A stretch of 64,000 nucleotides of DNA, taken from assembly GCA_000091205.1 (NCBI GenBank), contig AP006492.2. One strand, written 5' to 3'. Below the pieces are notes generated by a model. It did not search any database. It had not been told where the DNA came from and was given only the letters and a program-made list of their open reading frames with translations. Below are positions 21,880-33,832 of the stretch, in pieces. The position numbers and the translations under genes are program-made. The DNA is from Cyanidioschyzon merolae. Its lineage: Eukaryota. Each line of letters starts with the position of its first letter. Positions within the stretch are counted from its first letter, which is position 1.

Positions 21880-24800
21880 TCAAGCTGAATCGGCACAGGG
21901 CGCGAATTCGCTGCTCCTGATCTGCGTCGTACAGGCGTCGACAGTGCTCTCGGTCGCATCTGATAGCAGCACTGGGCGGCTGGGGCGCATACCTCGACGA
22001 TCGCGCATGCGAGCGGCGAGCCCATTGGCGGGCGCACGTGCGGTCGGCGCTGCAAGGGCATCCACGCCACGAGCGTCTTTCGGGGCGGGGGGTGTCGTCA
22101 ACATCAGAGGCGACGACGACGATGAAGATGATGACGGCGAGGACGCAAACCATGAGGTTGGCTGCGTTCGCTCGTCCGCTACGGTACCGGTCGGTGGTTG
22201 GCCAAGCGACTGTCCAGCAGTCGACGGTACGGTCAAGTGTCGGTCTGGAGACGCACTGCTTCGGGGCGGCGCTCGATGCATTGCTAATGATTCCCTCGCC
22301 TCCGAGACCGCGGCTGGGCGACCCTTACAACGACCAATCAGCGCCTCGATAAGGAGCAACGGGCGCTCAGCCAGCCGTTTGCGCCAAGCAGAGGCAAGCG
22401 TCCTGCTCAGCTGCACCATATCGTCGAGCGCCGACGCTGCATCCCGGCACGCGGACAGGCGCAAACCGCTCTGGGATCGCTGGTGGTCGGCGCGCCTCTC
22501 GAATGCTGCGCTACAGACGAGCAGCGCATGCCAACTGAACATATGCGATGAAACTGCTGCAGTAGCGGGCTCAGCGTCGCCAAAAGCAGCTGCAGCGGTC
22601 CAGCACTGAGCCAAGAGGTCCAGCGCGCGCAGCCAGCCGCTGGTTTGATACAACGGCGCCGGCCAAGTCTGCACCAGCACCTCGTAGAGCGGTAGCAAAA
22701 GGCAGTGCCCTAGTCGTGGCAATCCGTAGATGCACCGCGCGAACTCGTGATTCTCTGCAGGTGTACATGCGTCCAAATCGTGATGCGGCCGAGGCAGCAC
22801 ACACTTACCGACGAATGCGAAAAGCCACAACAGACTGAACGCTCGATCCAGGTACAGGCGCGAGCACCGACGCCCATCCAAGCGCGGGATCGCGCGCGCC
22901 ACGGTGCATACTGCGGTGCGATTGGCACAGCAGAAAGCAGCGAGACGGCGTAGGCCGTCCACTTCAGCGAGTAGCGCCCGCCATTGAAGGAACACGAATC
23001 GCATGATGGTCTCGGGCGGCACCAGGTAGGCTACCGCCAGAACAGGAGGCTCGGACTCGGTACCGAAGCTGTCCTGCTCCCAGGCATCCTGGTGCTCCTC
23101 TGCTGCCGCCGAGCGTCGCCGACATCCCCCCGAGTGCACGCGAATGCAGGCACAGAGAATCTGGAGAGCAGCTTGAAGTGGCACATCGCCCAGCAAAGCG
23201 TCCATCAATGCCTGTTTCCATTTGCTGTTGGGCGGTGCATGCTGAGTAAACCGCTCACCGGTGCTCGCTTCTGGCAAAGTCGGCCTCTGATCCCGATAGA
23301 AACGCTGGGTTAATTCGTGATGCAACTTGTCAGCGATATCGCTGTCGTGGACCATCTCGGACAGGCACAAAGACGGCCATGCACTGAGGTCGTCCGGCAC
23401 ACGGCCATATCCGTGCGCCTCCAGCAGCAGCAAGACTGCGCGGCTTCGGGCGCACCAGGTTGGCTCAGCGACCTGCGCGGCCTGTTCCCAAAAGTGAAAC
23501 TGCATGATCGCAGACGCGAGTTCAAGAAAAGCTGGTAACTCTGACCAGGGCGCTGCACTTGGGTTGCGCACAGCTCGCACGAGCTGACGCAGCCCATACT
23601 GCCCTAACTCGTAGAGCGCGAGTCCGGCTTGGCGGACCCACAGCGCCCACGCGGCAGCCGCCTGCGGGCTGCTGTCGACGGTGGTGCCCGCGTGCCTCAC
23701 CAGCGGGCCGAGTCCGGGTTCGGTTTCCGTTGCCGACAGGGCGGCGAGGCGGGTCCAGCTTGGCGGTAACGTTCCTACTCGCTTCGAAGGGTTGTAAAAG
23801 ACGGAGGCGTTCTCGGGCTGCAGCGTCCCCAGGTCGCTGCGGCGCGCTCGCTCGCCGTGCCAGTCGCCTGCTCGACCGCATCGCCTCAGCGCCTGCTGGA
23901 AACAGGGTGCGTCTTGCTGCAGTTCAGACCAGAGGTCATCGGGGTCGAGCGCGACGCGCTTCCGACTCGTGCCAGTGCCGCGAATACCGTCTGAAGGGGA
24001 GCATTTTGGAACGACAATCCAGGTACTAGGACGCTGTGCCGCCCAGCGAGCGGTGCGCATTAAGCCGTGTCTGTTCGCCCTCTGGTCACGTTCACGATCG
24101 AGCCTCGCCTGCAGTGGTTGCCAGCCATCAAGGAAGGCCTTACGCGCATGATCAACTGGCGTACCGCACTCCGTGAAAACATGCTCAGCAAAATGTTCTA
24201 CTGGAAAGAAACGCACCCATGCCGCATGGTAAATCTCGACTGCAGCATTCATCACAGAATCCGTCATGCTGCACGTAGTCGTGGCCGTTGCACTTTCCAG
24301 GTGCGGCGCCTGCATGACAACCGCATGAATAAGGCGGAAAAGATCGAGCTCCTCGGGACACATCAGCTGCAGAAGCAGTTCCTGGGCGATCGACTGCGCT
24401 TCCCGATGCGTTGCCAGTCGAGCTTCCCGATCGAAAGCCGCGGGAATGTGCTTTTTCGACCAAGGCGTCGGCCGATCAAGGCATGCTGGTTCGCGGATAA
24501 ATGCCGAGAAGAGGAGCAGGCAGAGCTCCACATCGGACCACGTGGCCGGCAACGCACGAACGGCACTAACGAACATATCCGCGATCCAGTCCAGCGCAGA
24601 GAAGGGAGCATCTTCGCCGGCACTTCGTTGATGCGTGCGGTGGCGCACCAGAAGCGCTCCAAGCTGCAGCACTGCTGCGTGGATCTCATCGAGCGCTTCA
24701 CGAAAAGCAAGCGCTGCTACCACAAGAGGCGACGAATTCGGTATGGACGCGTCGGCGAAATCCGTCTCCGAGGCTCGGCTCGGTCGCTGTTGCGGTGTTT

Positions 24801-25509
24801 GCTGGAGTACGTTCGCGATCTGGCGTATAAGCGATGCTGGCGGAGGCAGGATGACTGCAACAATAAGTTTCATGAAGCTCCTGAGCAGATGCATCAGAGC
24901 TTCCAGACGCGCATGACACGCAGCTGCGGCTGAACTTGTCATGTCCATGTCTGGGAAGCTTCGCGTCGGTGGCGGTAGATACGCAAAGCTCTCAAGGGCG
25001 ACGCCCAGCACACCAGTACGAAGAAGGCCGCGGCGCGCAGCCAGCGGCGCCAGACCGGCCTCCGCCACCACCCCGTCAGCGTCGACGTACCAGTCCAGCG
25101 TTGGAACGGGCGGCGCTCCATCGGTATCGACCTCACCACCGTAGGAGGGATTTAGAAACTCATCCCATTCACCGAGGAACGCGAGCAGGTCTTGGACCAG
25201 GCTCGAGAGCGCTCCCAGATCCACGTCCTGGCTCCCGGCCTGGGTTATTAACAGACACGGGCTCGCGTGTTCCACCGGAACGCCCGAAGCGTCCCAGCTG
25301 CCAGGTGGTGCAGTCCCCAAAGCCGGCAAACTCTCGTTGCTGCCAGCACCAGTGGCGGTCGCGCCGGCGTCGCGCGAGTTCGCAGCCTGTACCTGGACGA
25401 GAACCCTCAGACCTCGCACAATTTCGGAGGTCGTGCACGAGAGCGCCTCGGCTGCTTCTCTGGGTAGCAACGCATCCTCGGGTGCTGCCTCGGTAGCACG
25501 ACGTCGCAT
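21880..25509 (-). CDS. Large hypothetical protein (~1209 aa from the first ATG); no motif recognised
   Basis: Uninterrupted 3.7-kb ORF. The track start at 25587 is GTG; the first ATG is at 25507-25509. Poly-Ser and Ala-rich tracts near the C-terminus. The many alternative-frame ORFs on both strands are typical of GC-rich coding DNA. Confidence 0.4.
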   Translation of the reverse strand: MRRRATEAAPEDALLPREAAEALSCTTSEIVRGLRVLVQVQAANSRDAGATATGAGSNESLPALGTAPPGSWDASGVPVEHASPCLLITQAGSQDVDLGALSSLVQDLLAFLGEWDEFLNPSYGGEVDTDGAPPVPTLDWYVDADGVVAEAGLAPLAARRGLLRTGVLGVALESFAYLPPPTRSFPDMDMTSSAAAACHARLEALMHLLRSFMKLIVAVILPPPASLIRQIANVLQQTPQQRPSRASETDFADASIPNSSPLVVAALAFREALDEIHAAVLQLGALLVRHRTHQRSAGEDAPFSALDWIADMFVSAVRALPATWSDVELCLLLFSAFIREPACLDRPTPWSKKHIPAAFDREARLATHREAQSIAQELLLQLMCPEELDLFRLIHAVVMQAPHLESATATTTCSMTDSVMNAAVEIYHAAWVRFFPVEHFAEHVFTECGTPVDHARKAFLDGWQPLQARLDRERDQRANRHGLMRTARWAAQRPSTWIVVPKCSPSDGIRGTGTSRKRVALDPDDLWSELQQDAPCFQQALRRCGRAGDWHGERARRSDLGTLQPENASVFYNPSKRVGTLPPSWTRLAALSATETEPGLGPLVRHAGTTVDSSPQAAAAWALWVRQAGLALYELGQYGLRQLVRAVRNPSAAPWSELPAFLELASAIMQFHFWEQAAQVAEPTWCARSRAVLLLLEAHGYGRVPDDLSAWPSLCLSEMVHDSDIADKLHHELTQRFYRDQRPTLPEASTGERFTQHAPPNSKWKQALMDALLGDVPLQAALQILCACIRVHSGGCRRRSAAAEEHQDAWEQDSFGTESEPPVLAVAYLVPPETIMRFVFLQWRALLAEVDGLRRLAAFCCANRTAVCTVARAIPRLDGRRCSRLYLDRAFSLLWLFAFVGKCVLPRPHHDLDACTPAENHEFARCIYGLPRLGHCLLLPLYEVLVQTWPAPLYQTSGWLRALDLLAQCWTAAAAFGDAEPATAAVSSHMFSWHALLVCSAAFERRADHQRSQSGLRLSACRDAASALDDMVQLSRTLASAWRKRLAERPLLLIEALIGRCKGRPAAVSEARESLAMHRAPPRSSASPDRHLTVPSTAGQSLGQPPTGTVADERTQPTSWFASSPSSSSSSSSPLMLTTPPAPKDARGVDALAAPTARAPANGLAARMRDRRGMRPSRPVLLSDATESTVDACTTQIRSSEFAPCADSA

Positions 25510-27336
25510 CTGTACAGTGCCAAAAGCGCTCCGTGAGGGGTACGTACCAACGCGTTCAGCAGTGCACGCACCAGCACCCAAGCACACGCAGATGCGTGCT
25601 TTCGCGGGAACGCGGTGTCATGCATCCGAGGTGTCGCTGCGCCTTTTGTGCATCCGTACGGGGGGCGTGCGCGCGATCGCTCTTCGGCAGCGCGGGAAAT
25701 GGGGCAGCATGCGTGCGTGCGTGCGTGCGCCGCGGATCATCTGCGCAGCGGCGCTTTCGATTCGTTGGTATCGGCAGCAGCAGCAGCTGCTGCACCAGAA
25801 GCAGACGAGCCCCTGACGCCTTCAAAGCAGCATCCTCACTAGATTACAAGTGCTAACTAGACTTTTACTGGCAACTGGCATCCATATTGAACGTCACAGC
25901 AACTACTGATACTCGTTGTTGGTCCGGCATTAAATAATATGGACGTACGAGGGCTCGCGGGACGCAGGGTTCGTGGCGCGCGTTCCTGGCTCCAGTCATG
26001 CTGCATCGAGCAGACGCCCGCCGGGCCATCACCAAGCCGTCCAGTGTCTGTCAAACGTCTCGGGGAGCGAACTTCGTGCTGCAGGAATGTATGACTGGGT
26101 ACGGGGTGGCGTGCACGGTTTCAGCAGCCGATGCCTCCGGTTCCGCAGGCACCGCTGTGCTGTCAGAGATGGCGACATATCGCATCGTTCGCCGCGAGGG
26201 CCAAGCGGAGGCTCTGACATTTGGCTACATTCGCGTATCCAGAAACGCTCTAGTTGGCTCATTGCTCCTGTCCAAAAGAAAGAAAATGGATGACTCTAGC
26301 TGGCCCTCGTCGCCAACCGGGAGAGACCGATTCTTTCGGAATTCTTGGGAGCGTCATTCCTTGACGTTCGTTGCCTTCCGTGCGCTCCTGTGAGCGAATC
26401 TGTAAACGTATGCAGTCTGTTTCATGGGTCTGGAAGTGTCGGTACTCGCAAAACGACATCAATGCTGGTGGATGGCGCGCCAAGTGCTTCGTCCGGCTGG
26501 ACGAACTTTCTCAAGCACTAGTCTCTGTGTGAGATCCATGAGACAATCCAGATTGCACCGGATATATAGTTATCATCCGCAACCAGGCAAGTGACTGCAG
26601 ACTCTTTCCAGATGCATCTGCGTTCGACCACACCGGCGTTACGCGAGAGTTGCTGTCGCACACAGGGCATTGTGCCACAGACGTTTCGGGGCGGCGGTAA
26701 TCCCAGGTGGTCTTGTCGACCCTGGATGCGTCGTGGCTGTTCCCAGACAGAGATAGAACGGTATCTGTCGCCTTTACGCACGTTGGCCTGAGGCTCTGCA
26801 GCCAATGATACAGAAAACACAGCCGAGTTTTTGCGTACAGATCATGTAAAGCGTGCAGCGTATAACGACTTTAAATGGTTCATGTGAGTAACTCCTGCAT
26901 CCATATGCGCCGGGTCTGCGCCTTTTTCACTTCCCCGAGAGCCCAGCTGCGCACGCTAGAGTCCGCAGCGCAGACATGGAGCGTGGTGCAAACCAGAGCG
27001 CTTTCAAACGTACTCATGTGCCATCACTCCGGAAAACCCAAGCTTCACGTAAAAACACAGCACCGATGCATTCACAACAAGTTCCGTAAACGTTTACGAT
27101 GCAAGGCAAAGCATGCCGATCTTTTCGTGACCGTAGGCGCTGCTTGGACGCCTGCGTATCCAGCTCCAGGACCAAAGGCACTGCTCCTTGGACCCAAGCT
27201 GCATCCCGGTCGGCGTGAAGCGCATCCATACTCGCCGCAGACGATTACGGTGTGATCGCAGTAGCCAACACAATGCAAGTCACGCTGAAACTACCAGCGA
27301 GCTATCGCAAAGCGCATCGAGAAACACGTTAAGAGC

Positions 27337-28306
27337 TTACAGAGCAACCTCGGAAGCCAATGAAACAGTATTCACGCTCAAGCTACCAGCAGAGGGCAAT
27401 GCCGTGTTCGCGGGAAGATACCCCCCGACCTGCAACGGGATCGGTAGCGTCACCAAACGCAGCGGGTTGCGGCCCTGGTTTGAGTCGTCCTCAGAGGCTC
27501 TTTGCCCGGTATCTGACACTCGTACCAGGAAGTGGATGCTCAGAGTCCATCGCACCTGCACAACGCGAGTCGCAAAACTAACCGGAGTATCTTCCTCAGA
27601 CGGAATCCGTGGCGTCCAGTGCCACCTACAAAGGCCTGCACAAGGCTCGGCGCGCTCTGCGTACCTCCGCCGATGGCACAGGGTCGCACGCTTGCGCCTC
27701 TTAGGAGGCACTCGTGCGCATTTTTCGAGGCTGCTTTTCGAGAAATCATTTGCACATTCAGGATGCAGGATTTCCAGTGCGTCCAGCGTTCCTCGAATGT
27801 AAACACAGCTTGAAGTCGCCACGCTCAAGTCAATAGACACAGGCACCAGCTCTCCGAGCACGAATCCACGGCGCTGTAAGTGTACCGTGGCGATCCGACC
27901 CAGCCCGGTCGCCTCGACGCGTGCTATAAAAGGCATCCATACAGATTCGAGTTGGTCCAGCGGTGCTGTCGTAGGCGAGACGCTCCCGCTCCGTAGACCA
28001 CTGGCTTGCGTCGTACCATCCACAACCGGTGATGTACCCGAGTTCGTGCCGTCAGCCGCATGCGATCGACTTGCGATTCCGCTTTTCCCCGGCAACGTGT
28101 CCAGTATTGTCGAGTCGTCCCATTCGCTCGGCGTCGTTACCGGGTAGGCTGTCAGTCGACTGTTTGAGGTCGCGGACAGGATAAATTCAAGGTTGTTGGA
28201 GATCTCCAAAGCCACCTGGAAAGCCTTCAGCTCCATGCGGAGCGGCGCATCGGCATTTCCCGCTGCGTGCTCCTGTGGCGGCTCGCCTCGTGTAGAGACT
28301 TGTTCC

Positions 28307-28337
<31 letters not shown>

Positions 28338-29457
28338 GCAGGAACTCGGGCATAGCAGGCGAGCGTGGCACAGATGCCGACAATGTCAGGAGCGACGGCG
28401 AGGAGATACGGCGCTCCGACCAGGTAGGCGACATCTGCGGTAACGGTGGTGGCGATGCCGAGCCCGTGGAGCTCCCCGCGGCACGAGCCCCCGCTGCAGA
28501 GGCCGGTCTGATCACTTCTGCCATCATCCTATCCGGTCTCGTAACTGCAGCGCGCGACACTGCATCCAAGCGTACGCGCAGGACCTCGTTTGGATCCTGT
28601 AGTGGAGGCATCCCGTCGGCTCGCGACGCATCGCGTTCGTGATCACGTAGCGCCGCCACGGGAGCAGCAGCAGCAGCAGCAGTAGCAGCAGACATAGCAT
28701 CCGGCGCGGAGAGTACCGGTACCTTTGCCATTCGAGAGCTAATCGGAGGATGAATGCGGAACCGCAGGTGGAGCTTTACTGGCGCAGAGCCAGTTCGCTG
28801 GGCAACCACAGCGACGCCATACTCGTACCGTACATAAGTGCCGTCGAACGAGGGTGGTATCATCGACGGCAGGCATCCACGCACCAGGAACGCCAACAGT
28901 TTGTCACGCTCCAGACGAAGCTTCCTGGCGACACAACAGGCTCGACTCGCAAACACCAGTCCGTGATGCGCTGGAAGCTCAGAGTGCTGACTGCCCTGCG
29001 CCGAGCGCACCGGGTAAGCGTTCGCTTCAAGCAGGTCCCAGAGGGCAGCGAGCCAAGGCATCGCTTCCGCTGGTACCGCATCCTCTGGTCCGTCCAAGAG
29101 GTCCGGGGCCAGCTCTTCGCCTTCCCAGTCCCAGAAAGTGGTAGCGAAGCGTTTGGTCCGCTCCGCCTCAACTAGACCTGGAGCGGTTGACGGTTCGTGT
29201 TCGCCGTTCGCTTTTGCTTGCCCTGTTACTACAGCGGCAGTTGCAGGGCGCCGATGAGCCTCTGGCTTGGTCCAGCGAGCATCGCTTCGCCAGGCGCCAG
29301 CCACAGCACAAGCCAGAAACTCTAGCTCGTGTTCTGGGACGGGAACTTGGCGAGCCGTGCCAGTCGGCTCGTTCCCTGTCGTGTCGAGTACCAGCACGAG
29401 GCAGAATAGCGAACCAGGTTCGAGGTTCTGCGGTGCAATCCTAGCGTGAAGCCGCAT
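27337..29457 (-). CDS. Hypothetical protein (~706 aa) with a central Ser/Ala/Pro-rich low-complexity region; an arrestin-fold or Rgp1-like identity is only a guess
   Basis: Long ORF. The track start at 29547 is GTG; ATG at 29455-29457. Contains an (ACGCCG)n repeat at ~28309-28340 encoding an Ala-Ser run on the minus strand. Confidence 0.3.
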
Positions 29458-30742
29458 GCTTTTTCGGAGGATCGCAGCACTGCGCTCTGCAGGAATGCCG
29501 CCACAGACTGCTGTAGCAGCCACGAAAACGATCGGCCCCCGGAACACGGCACGGTGGTAGTCTTTAAGGACTTCAACTTCGGTACATAGGGTCAGCGGAG
29601 AGCGTCAGTCCAGCAAGGTACGAACCGTGGTCCACAGAAGCCCAAAGCGGCAGTGTCCTGTCTCCGTGGACCTTAACCAACGTCGTTATTAGCTGCTTGA
29701 AACCGAGGCGTTGCGCTCGACGCAGCACGACCTGTGGGAACGCGTTCCGGTGTCGTCGTAAAGTGCGATGTGCAACTGCCAAACAAGACAAGCTGGCAGA
29801 CTCGAAATGGAAGATAAGACCGTGTATGGAGCATGGACGATAACGTCCACAGAGAATTGCATTGGTTTTTAGGTATGTTTTACTGATGTGCTCGGTTGCA
29901 TTCAATCCTCCTGGAGCATTCACTGTGTATATCCAGGGCATTCCCTGGGCGCACGAAGGAGTCGACAATGCGTCGGGGCCTCTGATCCGGATGCGATATC
30001 CTCGTTCGCTGCACATCCTCTCTTGGGATGGATGAATGGATGGATGGATATGCAGGGCGCTTGTTGTTGAAAGAACTGCAGGAGAAGTGCACCAGGTACA
30101 TTTAGGTGTCAAACACATGATCCCCATTGAATACGATCATGTGTACGCGACAAGTCCCAGAGATCATTCGTGTAGTTTGAACCCGAGAGCAGCGACACAA
30201 GCCCGCCGCCGCGTCTAGCACAGGCGCAGAACTGGGCATCAAAAGTGATGCAGTCGACGCTCGATGTATTCCAAACGCGGAGACGCGCCTAAAGAAATTG
30301 CAGGTTCAAAGGACTGCATGGAGGGCCCCGGCGGTGCGCAACATCCCCGCAGAGCCATCCAGGCTCGATGTCTCAGTCTACGACCCCGAAAAGCGATCGC
30401 GAATTTGTTTCCTAACCGTCGATGCTCGTGCACTCGACACCCATATCCGCAACAATGGGGCAACGCGGAGCCTTCATCCACTGATGTCATCGGAAGGGCG
30501 AGACGGTGCCTACGATCCGCTCGGAGACGAGGCACCCGACTGCGTCGGGTGATTCAGCGCTTGACCTCTGCGAGACCCTGGACTCATTTAATGAGCGGCA
30601 ATGGTATGCTTCTCCGGCAGACCCGATCTACTTGGGGCATGCTCATTTCTGACGCGGTCTATACACTGCAGTATGGACACAACAGAACGTTGTCTAACGC
30701 GGCGTTGATGAGGTTCCGCACGACAGGGCCTGCTGCTCAGCC

Positions 30743-31273
30743 TCATCGCGAGTCGTCCGTTTCGGTACCCCATACACGATAGGGTCGCTTCTGCAGCGCG
30801 GAATTGTAGTATCGTTCGTCGAGTGTGACCTCGTCCGCCAACCAGGTCGGCCGCTCAAACGCCGTCTCGGGGGTTGGCAGCTCGATCTCCGCGAGGATAA
30901 GAGGAGCATTATCACCCAAGAACTCATCGATCTCCCAAACAAGGCCAGCTTCCTTTGCCGGTATTCGATAGCGCACTTTTTCGATAAGTGGCTGTACACA
31001 GAGTGTGTTCAACAACTCTCGAGCGTCCTCGACTGGGATCGGGTACTCGTACTCGGCCCGCGTGCAACCGTGGGTGCGTCCCTTGATCGTCAAGAAGCCG
31101 CTCATGCCAGCAACACGGACGCGTACGGTGCGGTCGGGTTCACTGCACAGGTAGCCTTGCGCGAGATGTGTGCCCTGCGAAGTGCACAACAGCCGACGAA
31201 CTTGGTCAGCGTGCACCAGAAACTTGCGCTCAGTCTCGCGGTTCGCTGCGCGGTTCACCCCACCGTGTTGCAT
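30743..31273 (-). CDS. CYTH-domain protein (triphosphate tunnel metalloenzyme; bacterial CyaB / thiamine-triphosphatase-like)
   Basis: 176 aa from the ATG at 31271-31273. N-terminal ETERKFLV (the EIERKFLV-type start of CYTH proteins), ...GYL...VRVRV...GFLTIKG...EYEYPIPVEDA...IEKVRYRI...WEIDEFLGDN..LILAEIELP, a typical CYTH layout. The track ORF extends upstream to 31435 without homology. Confidence 0.55.
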   Translation of the reverse strand: MQHGGVNRAANRETERKFLVHADQVRRLLCTSQGTHLAQGYLCSEPDRTVRVRVAGMSGFLTIKGRTHGCTRAEYEYPIPVEDARELLNTLCVQPLIEKVRYRIPAKEAGLVWEIDEFLGDNAPLILAEIELPTPETAFERPTWLADEVTLDERYYNSALQKRPYRVWGTETDDSR

Positions 31274-31479
31274 TCGCGGAGCACTGGATCCTAAAAGCAC
31301 CGAGATTTTCGAATCTAGCTTTAGAGTGTGAACTCGAGGAGGAGGAGACCACCTGAACGTGGTGCGCCCAAGAAACGGCCGTGCAGCAGGCACGAAGAGC
31401 ATCATCAACGTCGTTCGAAAGTCGAACGACGTCAACGGTGTACAGTAGTGGCGAGTGACCCGCCCTAGTCAGAACGTCT

Positions 31480-32750
31480 CCAACTGACGCGCAGAAGCCC
31501 CACAGTCCTTCACAACCGGCCACCTACTACTGCGTCCAACTTTCTCTCAAATAATTCCACTTTGAGAGATTGTCCAATAAAGTTCATTCTTGTCGAGTCT
31601 GGAGGTCTCGTCTGCAGCACCGCACATTTCCTTCTATGGATAGCGGCATTCAAGTCTCGCTTCACAAACTCCGTACGTTTGTTGCCCCCGTTGTTTGTAC
31701 TTACTAATGCAACAGGCCCTCGAACTCGCGCCCTTCTTTCGATTTGCTGCTCAGTCACCTCTTCGTGCTTTTCTACCGCCGATGCGCTCTGCAGCCTGCT
31801 GCCCATCTCGACCTTCTGAAGTGTGCATCCCAGCTGATCCCTTATGTTTTCAAATTAACGCAAAGCTTTATGCGGTTAGGTGAGAACAGTCCCCGAGGGA
31901 GTCGGACCTGCGCAGGAAAGACAAAACGTGCCACCGGTTTGTATCCGTGTGCTGGAAGCCGCATTGATTCGCCCAGTGGATCGATCATTCCGTTGCACGA
32001 TAGAAAACACACCTTCAATGGGGTTGAACCACCCTGTGTTCTAAGGAATGAAAACCAGCTCTATCCAGACAGAATCGCCAAAAGATCGAAAACGAAGGAT
32101 AACGGTGAAACGCCACGTTGTCTCATAAAAGCTTGCCGCCGGACGTCAGAGAAAAGTCTTCTATGACTCGACAAAGTGGTTGGTGCTATTCTATGACCCT
32201 TGTCCTCGAGTTCGATCGTACACACAACGAGCTCACTGCTCCACGAATACCGATATACGCTCATACCATCTCGTCCGAAGCATGTCTCATTTACTGAAAA
32301 GACACACAGTCGTCCCCTTGCTAACATCGATCGTCACTTTCCGGGAACATTGGTGTAGTTGCGATTCCAGTCGAAGATGGCGGTACGCAAACAAGGACTT
32401 TTCTGGCAATTGTGTCCCAGTGTTTTCGGGGCCACTCGAACAAGCTGCTGAGAAACAGCGACGAGCGTGGCGGTTACTATCGTCGCTTTTTGCTGTCCGT
32501 AAGGCGATCAACGAATCGTTGTCTACCATTGACAGCAAGCGTTTCTCCGAAAATGGGTTTTGGCGTGGTGCGCATATACGCCCTGCCTTCATTGTTCTGA
32601 ACCATCAGAGCACTGTGATATAGCTGACCTCAAAGATGAATGCAGTCCTCCTTGCACTGTTCAGTAAAGAATATATCCCATAGGCCATTCGTCTACGATC
32701 TATACGGTACATTGCATCGAAGTTTCGTTCTCTCGCTATACATTGCGAAA
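31480..32750 (-). mobile_element. Copy B of the TnpB/Fanzor-like repeat family; retains recognisable RuvC-I/II/III-like motifs but is interrupted by stops
   Basis: Minus-strand ORFs: 32287..32592 with LLSMVDNDSLIALRTA (RuvC-I-like, compare GIDLGxxxLAT); 32061..32327 with LVVCTIELEDKGHR (RuvC-II-like, vvIEDL); 31510..31806 with EFVKRDLNAAIHRRKC (RuvC-III RDxNAAxNI). The DNA is homologous to copies A and D (for example gaggtctcgtctgcagcaccgcacat, and cccagtgttttcgggg at ~32410). Confidence 0.5.
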
Positions 32751-33832
32751 AAAGCATTCGAATACTATGAGCGGGAATCGAGCAGCGACTCGTTCAGTGA
32801 CTATCCACCCAGCTGCGCGAGCCGCTCTGCCACGAGTTGCGTTTGACGTACAAAGATCGAAAACTTGAAGAATACATGTTTTGGGCATGCAACATAGAAG
32901 CAATTAAGAAGAGCGTATGCTTGCGCGTATACACTACATCATGGCATGCGTTCTGTGTCGAACTCTTGTTCGATAACGTTGCGACGCGACCCCTTTCCGA
33001 ATACGGAACCGATTCAACCGAAAAATTCGTCACAGGAGCCGCCCTCAAAAAACAACCAAAAAACCTTAAACTACAGTGGAATCTATAAGCCCCTGTTGCC
33101 GTACTTGTCTTGTCGTGACTCTGTATCTTTCAAGTAAAAGAAAATCTTTATGCAGGCACGAAGCGAGCAGTGTACTCCACGGTGACCGCTACACACAAGC
33201 GCAGCGGCAGCGTCTGCGCCACATCGCCCGTGAACGCACGTGCGACGATCACATCCCCGGATGCGTATCGAGCGAACAACCCAGGAACAGCGCGATCGCG
33301 CGAGCGCACCGCACACACACACGCTGGAGGGCGGGATGCGCACCCCTGCCCGGCACCACGAAGACGCAATCGCGGCTTGCGCGAGGCAGGCGGCGTCGCG
33401 CCATTGACTCGATACGCTGGGCTAGATCCCCGCGCGCGCGCGCGCGCTGTCACGGGGATCGTGATCACGCGCAGTCGATGCGTGCGATCGCATCGCACCG
33501 CACGTGCCGGCTGCCTGCTTCTATGCGCGTACGCGCTCGGAGCTGCAGATCAGCCGACACATGCGATCACATCGTGTGCGTGATGCTGACGCGAACGCGA
33601 GGCAGACTCCAGCGTCGGTACACGTCGGTGCAAAGAACAGTGCCCGCAAATGTTACCGCACGGAATTTCCGTGCTGGCGCTCGCGGGAGCACGGCATCGT
33701 ATTCGTCCCGTAAGAAAACAAATTAGTTGACTTGACTTTGGGTTGTAACCGGTTACTGCACTCTGAGCAGGAAACCCTCTGAAAGTCTGGTTCCCAAGTC
33801 ACAAGTACCTGCAACCGTAAGCAACACCAGTC

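Noticed and set aside
24067-24933. 288-aa plus-strand ORF
   Set aside because: It lies inside, and antisense to, the 1.2k-aa minus-strand gene, with no motif.
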